Of a stretch of DNA of 64,000 bases, positions 1 through 7,902 are shown one piece after another. Under the pieces are notes generated by a model that did no database searches, was not told where the DNA came from, and worked only from the letters and a program-made list of their open reading frames with translations. Position 1 is the stretch's first letter. Each line of letters starts with the position of its first letter. Source of the DNA: an uncultured Candidatus Saccharibacteria bacterium (GTDB lineage Bacteria; Patescibacteriota; Minisyncoccia; Phycocordibacterales; UBA2100); the NCBI GenBank assembly GCA_964594735.1, contig CAZQMS010000003.1:30043-94042 (forward strand), read 5' to 3'. The position numbers were made by a program, and so were the translations under genes.

Positions 1-112
1 CATCGCACAGGCACCGGCGCAGATAGATCCAGATCAGGGTGTTACTCGCGGCATCACTTTCCAATCACTTGCACACGGCACAAGTCAGGGACGGGAAACC
101 ATAGACGACTAT

Positions 113-2323
113 ATGGGGAGACTTGAAAATGAGATAAGGGGAATTGGCCGTTGGAGTCCAGATCCGGTCACTGTATCCGACCCGCGCGAATTCGCTGCAC
201 TGCCGCTCGATGGCGAGCAGCCCTCTTCTGTTGTGGGCGGTACGCAATCTGCGCCTGGAGACACGATTGTGATAGCGCCTGGAGCGGAGCGAGATCCGCT
301 GTTGGGAACGATAGTTCCTGGGACAGAAGCTGGTCGTTTGGGCGGGAACGCCGGAGCACCTACAGGGCAGCCTTTCGATACGGGAGCTGAAGTCCTCTTG
401 CCTGAAGTCGTCGCCACAGCAGACGTGCCGCTTCCAGTACCTCGCCAGGATTCGCTCGGTAACTACATTACAGAGGCAGCGGTGTCGCAATCATCGGACT
501 TGTCAGGCAGCCGCACTGGAATCGCTCTCCCTCGCGACAACATTGTCGACACCTGGAACACGGGCGGAACCGCTTTGCCGAGAGACAACGTGGTCGACAC
601 TTGGAATACGCGCGGTTGGGCGTTGTCGGGTAGCACGATTGTTGACGGATGGAACACTAGTGGAGTACCGCTGGCGCGTGACAATACCGTCGACACGTGG
701 AGCACGAATGGATCGGCTCTTGCGCGCGATAATATCGTCGATAACTGGACCACAGGTGGGGCATCACTACCTAATGCAACGGTTGTGGATACTTGGAATA
801 CAGGCGGCACGTCGCTTGCGCGCGACAACATTGTCGACACCTGGGGCACGGGCGGAACTGCTCTCCCGCGGGACAACATGGTTGACTTGCCAATCTCGCA
901 GACCCTGCCGGGCGAATTCGGAGCATTGCCGCTCGACGGTGAATCGCCTGCGAAGGTATCGTTTTATGACGCCTTTGGGAATCCATACTCGACGCAGGAG
1001 GCTGCACGGAGCGCAGACACATGGTCCCAAGCACAAATCATCGCAGGCGACTACCGCGGCTCTGAGTGGGACCTTGGCTCGGAGGGTGTCCGCGCCGTCG
1101 CCGAATATCGACTCTTTGGGAATGACGATGCGAGTGAGTGGATGAGGATTGCGGCGTATGATCGACTCTCCGGTCAGTACGGTGCGACATCAGAAGAGTG
1201 GTCTGGTGTCGATGTTGACGCATCGCGACCTTTGGTGTTCTACGACGCGTTTGGTGGGGCGCATGGAGCGTCGGTGGATGCGCAAAACGTTGATTCCATC
1301 GACCCTATTGCGGCGATAGCCAACCAGCCGCCGGGTGCGGATGCGTTTGGGGTAGACCCAATTCCAGCGACGTCAGAGCTGTCGCGCGTCCCGCTCGGGC
1401 AGGGTGGTATTGGCTCCGATTCGGCTCGCACACCGCAGCTCGCCTCACTGTATGAAGGTCGGGCGTTTTGTTCCGGTGGTGGCGCATGTGGCGACGGAAA
1501 CAGGCTCGAGGGTCGGGCTACGGCGTTTGCGTCAAACCCAAATGTGCCGGAAGAGGCGCGTAGGTTTAGCTCAGAGGTTCGCACATTCGCCGCGCCGGCC
1601 AGCATGGGACTCGTACCCGGGCAGGAATATACAATCACGAATGCGCTCACAGGTGAGTCGACTACCGCTATATACAACGACAGGGCTGGTGGGGTCGTTC
1701 TCTCGAAAGCTGCGATTGAGGCCATCGGCGCGAGTGGTAGTGCCGAGATTCGCGTGTCTCCCGTTCTGGCAGCGGCAGATGTGGACGGAGGTACCGCATC
1801 AATCGCATCGCCGTCTGCGCAGCAGCCATCTGAGGCAGCGAGCAGTTTCGATGAAGCTGGTTTTGTGTCAGCTGTGCAGTATGCGTACGTGTGGGAACCT
1901 CAGTATGGAACATACGACGACTACGAAGATGCGGCAGGGACAGCACAGGTGACATCGCCTGCACCTGGTGAGGCGGGAGCCTCTCAGCAAACAGCAGAGA
2001 ATGTACCGTTACCACAGGCGAGGCCGGCAGGGCTTGACGAAGAGATAGCTGCGAGCGTGGTTGCGCAACGTGCGGCTGAGGCGCGACAACAGGCTTCGAG
2101 ACAGTCGGCTGGCACACAAATTAACCCAAATGCGCCTGTGACGGCAGCACAAGTAAGCCGGTACTATGCTTCGCTGCAGCGGAATCCCAACATGATGCCA
2201 CCGGCGGATGCTGCACAATTCAGGATGGGGATGTCATTGCTTGGTCCACAAGGAATAGCTCATTACATCAACAGTAATCCCGCGTTGAAAGCGAAAATCA
2301 TGAGGGCGATTGGTGGGAGATAA
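113..2323 (+). CDS. Hypothetical protein with about nine tandem 16-aa repeats (consensus LPRDNIVDTWNTGGTA); the reading frame is open upstream to the left window edge, so the gene may be 5'-partial
   Basis: 736-aa ORF. Residues ~137-262 are near-identical 16-aa units (48-nt periodicity in DNA, ~521-899). A second duplicated motif (REFAALPLDGEQPS / GEFGALPLDGESPA) flanks the repeat block. No stop codon in this frame between position 2 and 113. Confidence 0.55.
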   Translation: MGRLENEIRGIGRWSPDPVTVSDPREFAALPLDGEQPSSVVGGTQSAPGDTIVIAPGAERDPLLGTIVPGTEAGRLGGNAGAPTGQPFDTGAEVLLPEVVATADVPLPVPRQDSLGNYITEAAVSQSSDLSGSRTGIALPRDNIVDTWNTGGTALPRDNVVDTWNTRGWALSGSTIVDGWNTSGVPLARDNTVDTWSTNGSALARDNIVDNWTTGGASLPNATVVDTWNTGGTSLARDNIVDTWGTGGTALPRDNMVDLPISQTLPGEFGALPLDGESPAKVSFYDAFGNPYSTQEAARSADTWSQAQIIAGDYRGSEWDLGSEGVRAVAEYRLFGNDDASEWMRIAAYDRLSGQYGATSEEWSGVDVDASRPLVFYDAFGGAHGASVDAQNVDSIDPIAAIANQPPGADAFGVDPIPATSELSRVPLGQGGIGSDSARTPQLASLYEGRAFCSGGGACGDGNRLEGRATAFASNPNVPEEARRFSSEVRTFAAPASMGLVPGQEYTITNALTGESTTAIYNDRAGGVVLSKAAIEAIGASGSAEIRVSPVLAAADVDGGTASIASPSAQQPSEAASSFDEAGFVSAVQYAYVWEPQYGTYDDYEDAAGTAQVTSPAPGEAGASQQTAENVPLPQARPAGLDEEIAASVVAQRAAEARQQASRQSAGTQINPNAPVTAAQVSRYYASLQRNPNMMPPADAAQFRMGMSLLGPQGIAHYINSNPALKAKIMRAIGGR

Positions 2324-2429
2324 AAGCAAAAAATGGGTTTGTGATGTGTCTGGGTTGTCTGCACCCATGTGGAGTATCGTTCCTGCTGTCGGTAGTTTCG
2401 CTCCTGCTCGTGTCTGGTATACTTGTCTC

Positions 2430-2990
2430 ATGAACCTGACCTACATCCTTATCGGCATTGTTGCGATTATTGGCCTGTTTCTCATTTGGGCGTACAACCG
2501 CTTTGTTCTCCTTACCAACCGTACGGAAGAAGCCTGGAGTGATATCGATGTACAACTCAAGCGCAGGTATGACCTCATCCCAAATCTCGTCGAGACGGTG
2601 AAGGGCTACGCCGCACACGAAGCAGGGACGCTCCAGAAGGTCACCGAGGCGCGCACGAAGGCGATGGGCGCGCAGACAGTGGCTGAGCATGCCGCGGCGG
2701 AAAATATGCTCACTGATGCGCTCAAGTCGCTCTTTGCGGTATCGGAAGCGTATCCCGACCTCAAGGCCAACAGCAATTTCGTCGAGCTTCAGAGGGAACT
2801 CTCTGATACAGAGAATAAAATCCAGGCTGCTCGCCGCTTCTACAACAGCGTTGTCATCGAGCTGCAGAACGCGCTCGAAAGTTTCCCTACAAATATCATC
2901 GGCAACATGTTTGGCTTCAAGACCCGCGAGTTCTTTGAACTTGGCACGGACGAGCAAGCTGCCCGCAATCCGGTAAAAGTGAGTTTCTAG
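2430..2990 (+). CDS. lemA: LemA family membrane protein
   Basis: N-terminal TM helix (LTYILIGIVAIIGLFLIWAY), then a conserved LemA-like region (NRFV...AWSDIDVQLKRRYDLIPNLVETVKGYA...). The start was moved to the internal ATG at 2430, which sits just after a TATACT -10-like box. Confidence 0.8.
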   Translation: MNLTYILIGIVAIIGLFLIWAYNRFVLLTNRTEEAWSDIDVQLKRRYDLIPNLVETVKGYAAHEAGTLQKVTEARTKAMGAQTVAEHAAAENMLTDALKSLFAVSEAYPDLKANSNFVELQRELSDTENKIQAARRFYNSVVIELQNALESFPTNIIGNMFGFKTREFFELGTDEQAARNPVKVSF

Positions 2991-3068
2991 GTTCAAGCTT
3001 GTAACTTAGAGCAGCGCCACGCGGTGTTCATCTTTGAGCTATAAGCTAACAACTATAAGCTTATTCCT

Positions 3069-3962
3069 ATGGCTAGTCTCTACACGCATCAAAGTCAGAA
3101 TGTCATGAAGACGTGGGCGCTCATGGCCGGCTTCTTTCTGCTTGTCATGGCAGTGGGGTGGTTTGTCTCGTACTACTTCGGCCAGCCACTCTACCTCTAC
3201 GTCGCAATCGCGTTTGCGCTCGTGATGAACGTCACCGCATACTGGTTTTCCGACAGGATTGCGCTCCGCTCTGCACATGCCAAAGAAGCAGACCCACGGC
3301 AGTACCTTGAACTTCACCGCATTGTTGAAAATCTTGCCATCACCGCGGGGTTGCCGAAACCGCGCGTGTACATCATAGAGGACGCCGCGCCCAATGCGTT
3401 TGCCGCAGGCCGCGACCCCAAACACTCGGTCGTAGCTGTGACGACGGGGCTCCTCGCTGCGCTCGATAGGAGCGAGCTTGAGGGGGTGATTGCTCATGAG
3501 CTCGCCCATATCGGCAACCGCGACATTCTCGTCATGACTGTGGCCGTAGTGCTCGCCGGATTCCTCACGATGCTCGCCGACATCTTTCTACGCGTGAGCT
3601 TCTTTGGCGGCGGAGACAGGGACCGCAACGCGCATCCCGCACTCATCATCGTCGGCGTGATAGGACTTATCCTCGCGCCTTTTGCTGCCCAGCTTATCCA
3701 GCTCGCGATTTCTCGGCGCCGCGAATTCCTCGCTGATGCAAGCGGCGCGCTCCTGACCCGCTACCCCGACGGTCTCGCAAATGCACTCAGAAAAATCTCT
3801 GCCTACCGCGCACCTGTGGCGCACGCGACGCATGCAACGGCGCACCTCTATATATCGAATCCATTCGGCGCCAAGGAAGTCGGCACATTTGTGGGGAAGC
3901 TTTTCTCTACACACCCTCCAGTAGAGCAGCGCATAGAGGCGCTTACGGGGATGCGAATCTAG
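3069..3962 (+). CDS. htpX: Zinc metalloprotease HtpX (M48 family)
   Basis: HEXXH motif in HELAHIGNRD, N-terminal TM helices, and an M48/HtpX-like layout (AAPNAFAAGRDPKHSVVAVTTGLL). Confidence 0.85.
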   Translation: MASLYTHQSQNVMKTWALMAGFFLLVMAVGWFVSYYFGQPLYLYVAIAFALVMNVTAYWFSDRIALRSAHAKEADPRQYLELHRIVENLAITAGLPKPRVYIIEDAAPNAFAAGRDPKHSVVAVTTGLLAALDRSELEGVIAHELAHIGNRDILVMTVAVVLAGFLTMLADIFLRVSFFGGGDRDRNAHPALIIVGVIGLILAPFAAQLIQLAISRRREFLADASGALLTRYPDGLANALRKISAYRAPVAHATHATAHLYISNPFGAKEVGTFVGKLFSTHPPVEQRIEALTGMRI

Positions 3963-4010
3963 GTGTAGGCTTATTGCCAGGCAATACTTCGCAAAACGTG
4001 GAGGCCGACA

Positions 4011-4649
4011 ATGGCTGACGTCACACGGTTTGAGGAAAGAAGGGCACAAGCACTTAAGGATCCAAGTCCAGAACTCAAGGTCTGGGCAAAAAAGGCCGGC
4101 GGTCAGGTGGACCACGTCGCCACGAGTGGCGATGTTGTCGATTACGGTCTGTGGCCAGAGAAACCAAAACCACCAGAGCCAATCAAGCCTGCGTACGACG
4201 TGCATATTAAAGGTGGTGCGATGCTTGATCATCGCAACCCGGGCATCGAAGAGGGGGTGACTAGGGAGGTGAAGCCAGAGAAATGTCCGCCGGGTATCAG
4301 GCCGATTCGACGTGCCGTCGCTGCGAGCGTGTTGATGCCGTACCTCGATGCGTTCATCGTCGAGCTTGACTCACTTGCTCACCGCATCGCGGAACGTTCG
4401 GACAACAAATGGAATGTAATCCTGAAGTTGTACGAAATCATCGAGCTCTCGCGACAATGGCGCGAGGAGATCCGAAAGGGTCAGGGGAAGATGTTTGTGT
4501 CACACGCGATGCTACTTCAGAATATTCTGAATGAAGTTGAAGCTGGTTGCAGCGTGAGATGGAGTGGGTTCTCTCCGGAGGCGCAAGCCGCCCATAAGCT
4601 CGCGCACGAGGCGGGCAAGTGGGTGGATGGGCTCAGACTAGCAAAGTGA
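4011..4649 (+). CDS. Hypothetical protein
   Basis: 212-aa ORF with a GGAGG Shine-Dalgarno 7 nt upstream, followed by a strong rho-independent terminator. No recognisable domain. Confidence 0.6.
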   Translation: MADVTRFEERRAQALKDPSPELKVWAKKAGGQVDHVATSGDVVDYGLWPEKPKPPEPIKPAYDVHIKGGAMLDHRNPGIEEGVTREVKPEKCPPGIRPIRRAVAASVLMPYLDAFIVELDSLAHRIAERSDNKWNVILKLYEIIELSRQWREEIRKGQGKMFVSHAMLLQNILNEVEAGCSVRWSGFSPEAQAAHKLAHEAGKWVDGLRLAK

Positions 4650-4654
4650 GATAC

Positions 4655-4686
4655 GCGGTCGCCGCAAGGCGACCGCAACTTTTTAG
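4655..4686 (+). terminator. Rho-independent terminator (GCGGTCGCC-GCAA-GGCGACCGC + TTTTT)
   Basis: Perfect 9-bp GC-rich stem with a 4-nt loop, followed by AACTTTTTAGG, directly after the stop at 4649. Confidence 0.65.
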
Positions 4687-4728
4687 GTCCAGACTATATT
4701 TCAGTCGACTGATACATGGCGGATACGT

Positions 4729-4757
4729 TTGTACACACGATGGGGATGGAATATAAT
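4729..4757 (+). promoter_or_regulatory. Sigma70-like promoter of tRNA-Ser (-35 TTGTAC, 17-bp spacer, -10 TATAAT)
   Basis: TTGTAC at 4729-4734 and TATAAT at 4752-4757. The tRNA starts 10 nt downstream. Confidence 0.5.
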
Positions 4758-4767
4758 CCTTTTTCAC

Positions 4768-4852
4768 GGAGGCGTCGCATAGTGGTCTAGTGCACCGCCT
4801 TGGAAAGGCGGCAATCCGCAAGGGTTCGAGAGTTCGAATCTCTCCGCCTCCG
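4768..4852 (+). tRNA. tRNA-Ser (anticodon GGA), class II with long variable arm
   Basis: Acceptor GGAGGCG/CGCCTCC; 3-bp D stem GCA/TGC; anticodon stem CCGCC/GGCGG with loop TTGGAAA; 16-nt variable arm; T arm GAGAG-TTCGAAT-CTCTC; discriminator G. Confidence 0.85.
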
Positions 4853-4877
4853 CCCGAAAAGCCCTCAATTTGATACA

Positions 4878-5171
4878 ATGGGGCATATGTCAAAACTTGG
4901 CCTCGCGTTCTCAGGCATCTTTATTGTCGCAGCCGTCTACCTCATCGCCACACAGGGTCTTTTTGGCGAGAGCTTCATCGCGCTCATCTTGGGGCTGCCA
5001 TGGGTGCTTGTCTTCGCCTTTTTCGAATTTGGCGGCGCTGCAGGGTGGCTTACCTACATTTTTGTTCTCGCTCCCATCGCACTCAACGCGGCGGTGCTCT
5101 ACTTTATCGGTGCGCTACTCGAACGCGTGTTCACGCGAATGAAAAAGCAAGGGGATTCTTCCGTGTCATAA
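4878..5171 (+). CDS. Small hydrophobic membrane protein (97 aa)
   Basis: Internal ATG of the 4800 ORF, placed after the tRNA. Three predicted TM segments (LAFSGIFIVAAVYLIA; FIALILGLPWVLVFAFFEFGG; YIFVLAPIALNAAVLYFIGALL). Confidence 0.5.
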   Translation: MGHMSKLGLAFSGIFIVAAVYLIATQGLFGESFIALILGLPWVLVFAFFEFGGAAGWLTYIFVLAPIALNAAVLYFIGALLERVFTRMKKQGDSSVS

Positions 5172-5178
5172 TGCATCT

Positions 5179-5346
5179 ATGGAAAAAATCCGAATCGAAC
5201 AACACAGCTCTATCGGTCTCGCATGGATCGCCGGTTGGCTCTTTGCCATCGGCTACCTCAAGCTCGGCTTTATGCAGGGCCTCCTCGGGATATTCATTTG
5301 GCCCTATTACCTCGGTGCGCACTTTGGTCCGGTCGTAGGAATGTAG
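5179..5346 (+). CDS. Possible tiny membrane protein (55 aa, below the ORF-track threshold)
   Basis: MEKIRIEQHSSIGLAWIAGWLFAIGYLKLGFMQGLLGIFIWPYYLGAHFGPVVGM, strongly hydrophobic. A terminator hairpin lies ~100 nt downstream. Confidence 0.35.
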   Translation: MEKIRIEQHSSIGLAWIAGWLFAIGYLKLGFMQGLLGIFIWPYYLGAHFGPVVGM

Positions 5347-5444
5347 CTGTCCACTCGTGCTGCATAGGGGAGGATTTGCTGATGTACAATTACTGTACAG
5401 TTACTAGCCAACATGAACACCATGCTCGGCGGTCACTAAGAGGA

Positions 5445-5466
5445 GGTCCCCGTAAGGGGACCTTTT
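5445..5466 (+). terminator. Hairpin GGTCCCC-GTAA-GGGGACC + TTTT
   Basis: 7-bp perfect stem with a GNRA-like loop, followed by TTTT. Confidence 0.5.
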
Positions 5467-5478
5467 CGTTGGTAAGAT

Positions 5479-6747
5479 GTGCACATGGTAGAGGGCGCAG
5501 CGCACGAGTACAAGGAACGAGCGGGCACATGCGCAGATTGTGGAAATTCTCCGGTGAATCATTTCGAGCATTACGTGTCCAATACGCTCGCGGTCTGGAC
5601 TGCAGAGACGCTCTCGAAGCGGCGGGGGCTGCGGTACGCGCTCACGCGAGCCGGAGGCGCGCTTTTCGACCGCATCGAACAGGGATTTCTTGCGACTATT
5701 GCAGCAATGCCGTTTGCACACCTCTCGCGCGAGGTTGAAAAGGCAGCGACGTACCGTTCACAGGTCGTGTGGGAAGAGGCGGCGCGGCGCGGCATTGTCA
5801 TGGAACAGCTCGTGCTTTTCGGTCGTGGTACCGAAATATACCGTGCTCGCACAGGAGACGGCTGGTTCTACTTCCAAAGCTTGCCGGTCCCGCCTGAGAT
5901 GCGCGGCGAGAGCGCAGGGTGGCTCGACGATAAGCACGCGCTCAAGCGCTTTTTGGCATCCATCGGCGTGGCGACGCCAGAGAGCGCTTCGGTGGCGACG
6001 GTGCACCAGGCTCTCGATGTGTTCAGGGCGCAGAAGGGGCCCGTCGTGGTCAAGCCGCGTTCAGGCTCGCGCGGCAGACACACGACAGTGGGCGTGCGGA
6101 CAGAGGAGGATCTCGCTGCGGCGTTTACGTCGGCACAGAGGCTCTGTCGCTACGTTTCTATCGAGCGGTACCTCGAAGGCCCCGTGTGCCGAGCGACGGT
6201 CGTCAATGGTGCGCTCGCTGGATTTTTCAAAGCAGAGGCACCATCAGTCGTGGGCGATGGCGTGGCGTCTATAGGTGAACTCATTAATCGCAAAAACGCA
6301 GCAAAACCGGATAGGGTACAGGGCATCGTGCTGACCGACGAGCATCGGCAGTTCCTGCTTCGCCAGGGACTCAACGAGCAGTCGGTGCCTGCCTCGGGAG
6401 AGCGCGTGCAGCTCTCCCACCGCACGGGACGCCTTTTCGGCGGAGTGACGCGGGAGCTGCTTGGGAGTGAACATCCGCGGCTTCGCGCGCAGCTCGAACA
6501 CGCGGCACGTTCGCTTGGAATCGGTATTGTAGGATTCGACCTCATCATTCCCGATCCAGAGAGCGACCCCGATGTGCAGGTGTGGGGAATTATTGAGGCG
6601 AACACGCTGCCGTATATCGACCTGCACTATCTGGCGCTGGAGGGACGTCCATCCAATGTCGCCGCCCATCTGTGGGATATGTGGGCTTCGGCTATGCACA
6701 CAAAGGGCGTAGACGTCGCGCACGGAAGCGCTACCATGCAAGCATGA
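5479..6747 (+). CDS. ATP-grasp domain protein (cyanophycin-synthetase N-terminal-like / RimK-like ligase)
   Basis: 422 aa, with ATP-grasp-like segments (VVVKPRSGSRGRHTTVGV...; EGPVCRATVVNG; GIVGFDLIIP...EANTLP). Its stop overlaps the next gene's start (ATGA). Confidence 0.65.
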   Translation: MHMVEGAAHEYKERAGTCADCGNSPVNHFEHYVSNTLAVWTAETLSKRRGLRYALTRAGGALFDRIEQGFLATIAAMPFAHLSREVEKAATYRSQVVWEEAARRGIVMEQLVLFGRGTEIYRARTGDGWFYFQSLPVPPEMRGESAGWLDDKHALKRFLASIGVATPESASVATVHQALDVFRAQKGPVVVKPRSGSRGRHTTVGVRTEEDLAAAFTSAQRLCRYVSIERYLEGPVCRATVVNGALAGFFKAEAPSVVGDGVASIGELINRKNAAKPDRVQGIVLTDEHRQFLLRQGLNEQSVPASGERVQLSHRTGRLFGGVTRELLGSEHPRLRAQLEHAARSLGIGIVGFDLIIPDPESDPDVQVWGIIEANTLPYIDLHYLALEGRPSNVAAHLWDMWASAMHTKGVDVAHGSATMQA

Positions 6748-7145
6748 TTATTGAACTGTGGCCTGTACTTGCCGCCGGTGTCGCGAGTGTCGTACTCGGC
6801 TTTATGTGGTATCACCCGAAAGTATTCGGCAGCGCGTGGATGCGGATGACGGGCGTGTCTCCTGAGGTAGCTGAGCGCGGCAAAAAGCGGATGCCGCTCA
6901 TGGCGCTTTGCGCGGCCTTGGCCGGTATCGTGACAGCGTACGTCATGAGTTACTTTGCTTTCGCTTGGGGTGTCTACGACTGGATAGGTGCGGTGGAGCT
7001 CGGCTTCTGGTGCTGGGCAGGGTTCGTTGCGCCGACATCTCTCGGTATCGTGCTGTGGGAAGGCAAGTCTTTCAAGCTCTATCTCATCAATTCACTGTTC
7101 TGGCTCGTCACGTTTATCGTGATGGCCCTCATCCTGCTCCTGTAG
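6744..7145 (+). CDS. DUF1761-like small membrane protein
   Basis: ATGA-coupled to the upstream gene, with four TM helices. A clear paralog lies at 60076-60501 (shared motifs WY.P.FGK.WM, GLKSFK/GRSWSYW, LWNG). Confidence 0.7.
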   Translation: MIIELWPVLAAGVASVVLGFMWYHPKVFGSAWMRMTGVSPEVAERGKKRMPLMALCAALAGIVTAYVMSYFAFAWGVYDWIGAVELGFWCWAGFVAPTSLGIVLWEGKSFKLYLINSLFWLVTFIVMALILLL

Positions 7146-7170
7146 TCTTCATCGCAGCATTGTCTTTGCG

Positions 7171-7284
7171 GGTATACCCCGTGAGATAAGGCGCCGCCAT
7201 GCGGCACACCGGGGGCACGTTTTTCGCGCCATTATTGCTTTCAAATTCATACAGAATGAAATATCTCACGGGGTATACTGCGCC
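7171..7284. repeat. Inverted-arm element family 1, copy A (GGTATACCCCGTGAGATAAGG ... 69-nt spacer ... ATATCTCACGGGGTATAC)
   Basis: 17-bp perfect inverted repeat GTATACCCCGTGAGATA. The right arm ends 12 nt before the ATG at 7286. Similar arms occur at 10808-10906 and 33040-33143. Confidence 0.55.
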
Positions 7285-7285
7285 T

Positions 7286-7828
7286 ATGAGGCGCGTTCTT
7301 GCCGTATACATCGTGCTCGGGCTCGTAGGTGTGGGCGCTGCCGCGTACGCATACATGCAAGAGGGTGGCTTTGACGCTCGCGACGGAGGTGGCGCGAGCG
7401 TGGACACCGGCATACAAGCGACCTCGACTGGGCAAAGCCTCGCGTCTCACGATGGCGAGCCCCGGGATGCAGAGCCGAGCGTTGTCATAGGTGGTGTACG
7501 TGTGCGCGTCGATATTGCGGATACGCCAGAGGAGCGTGTGAATGGCTTGAGCGGACGAGAGCACCTCGCGCAAGGGGAAGGCATGCTCTTTATTTTTCCC
7601 ACAGACGACCACCACGGCATCTGGATGAAGGACATGAACTTTTCGATAGACATTATCTGGCTCTCGGCAGAGGGGCGAGTCGTCGATATCGCGCCACATG
7701 TGTCTCCGGAGACGTATCCAGCCTCATTTTCGCCGCGAGATGTAGCCCGAAACGTTCTTGAAGTCCCAGCAGGCTTCGCAAAATCGCATGGTATAGCGGT
7801 GGGAGCCGAGGCCACGATTTTGAGGTGA
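7286..7828 (+). CDS. DUF192-like secreted/membrane-anchored protein
   Basis: Signal-anchor MRRVLAVYIVLGLVGVGAAAYA, then a DUF192-like core (EGMLFIFP...HGIWMKDMNFSIDIIWL). The start was moved from 7199 to the ATG directly before the TM helix. Confidence 0.6.
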   Translation: MRRVLAVYIVLGLVGVGAAAYAYMQEGGFDARDGGGASVDTGIQATSTGQSLASHDGEPRDAEPSVVIGGVRVRVDIADTPEERVNGLSGREHLAQGEGMLFIFPTDDHHGIWMKDMNFSIDIIWLSAEGRVVDIAPHVSPETYPASFSPRDVARNVLEVPAGFAKSHGIAVGAEATILR

Positions 7829-7902
7829 GTTATCCACCGCGGATAAGCGTTTTGGACAGATGAAAAGGCGTACAATAAACATCCCAATTAGTAGGTAGGG
7901 CA

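Noticed and set aside
7829-7902. TTATCC-ACCGCG-GGATAA inverted half-sites upstream of nrdJ as a possible NrdR box; also looked for a B12 riboswitch
   Set aside because: It does not match the NrdR box consensus (AT-rich 16-bp palindrome). No nrdR gene or ATP-cone repressor is in the window. No cobalamin-riboswitch core (B12 box) was seen upstream of nrdJ.
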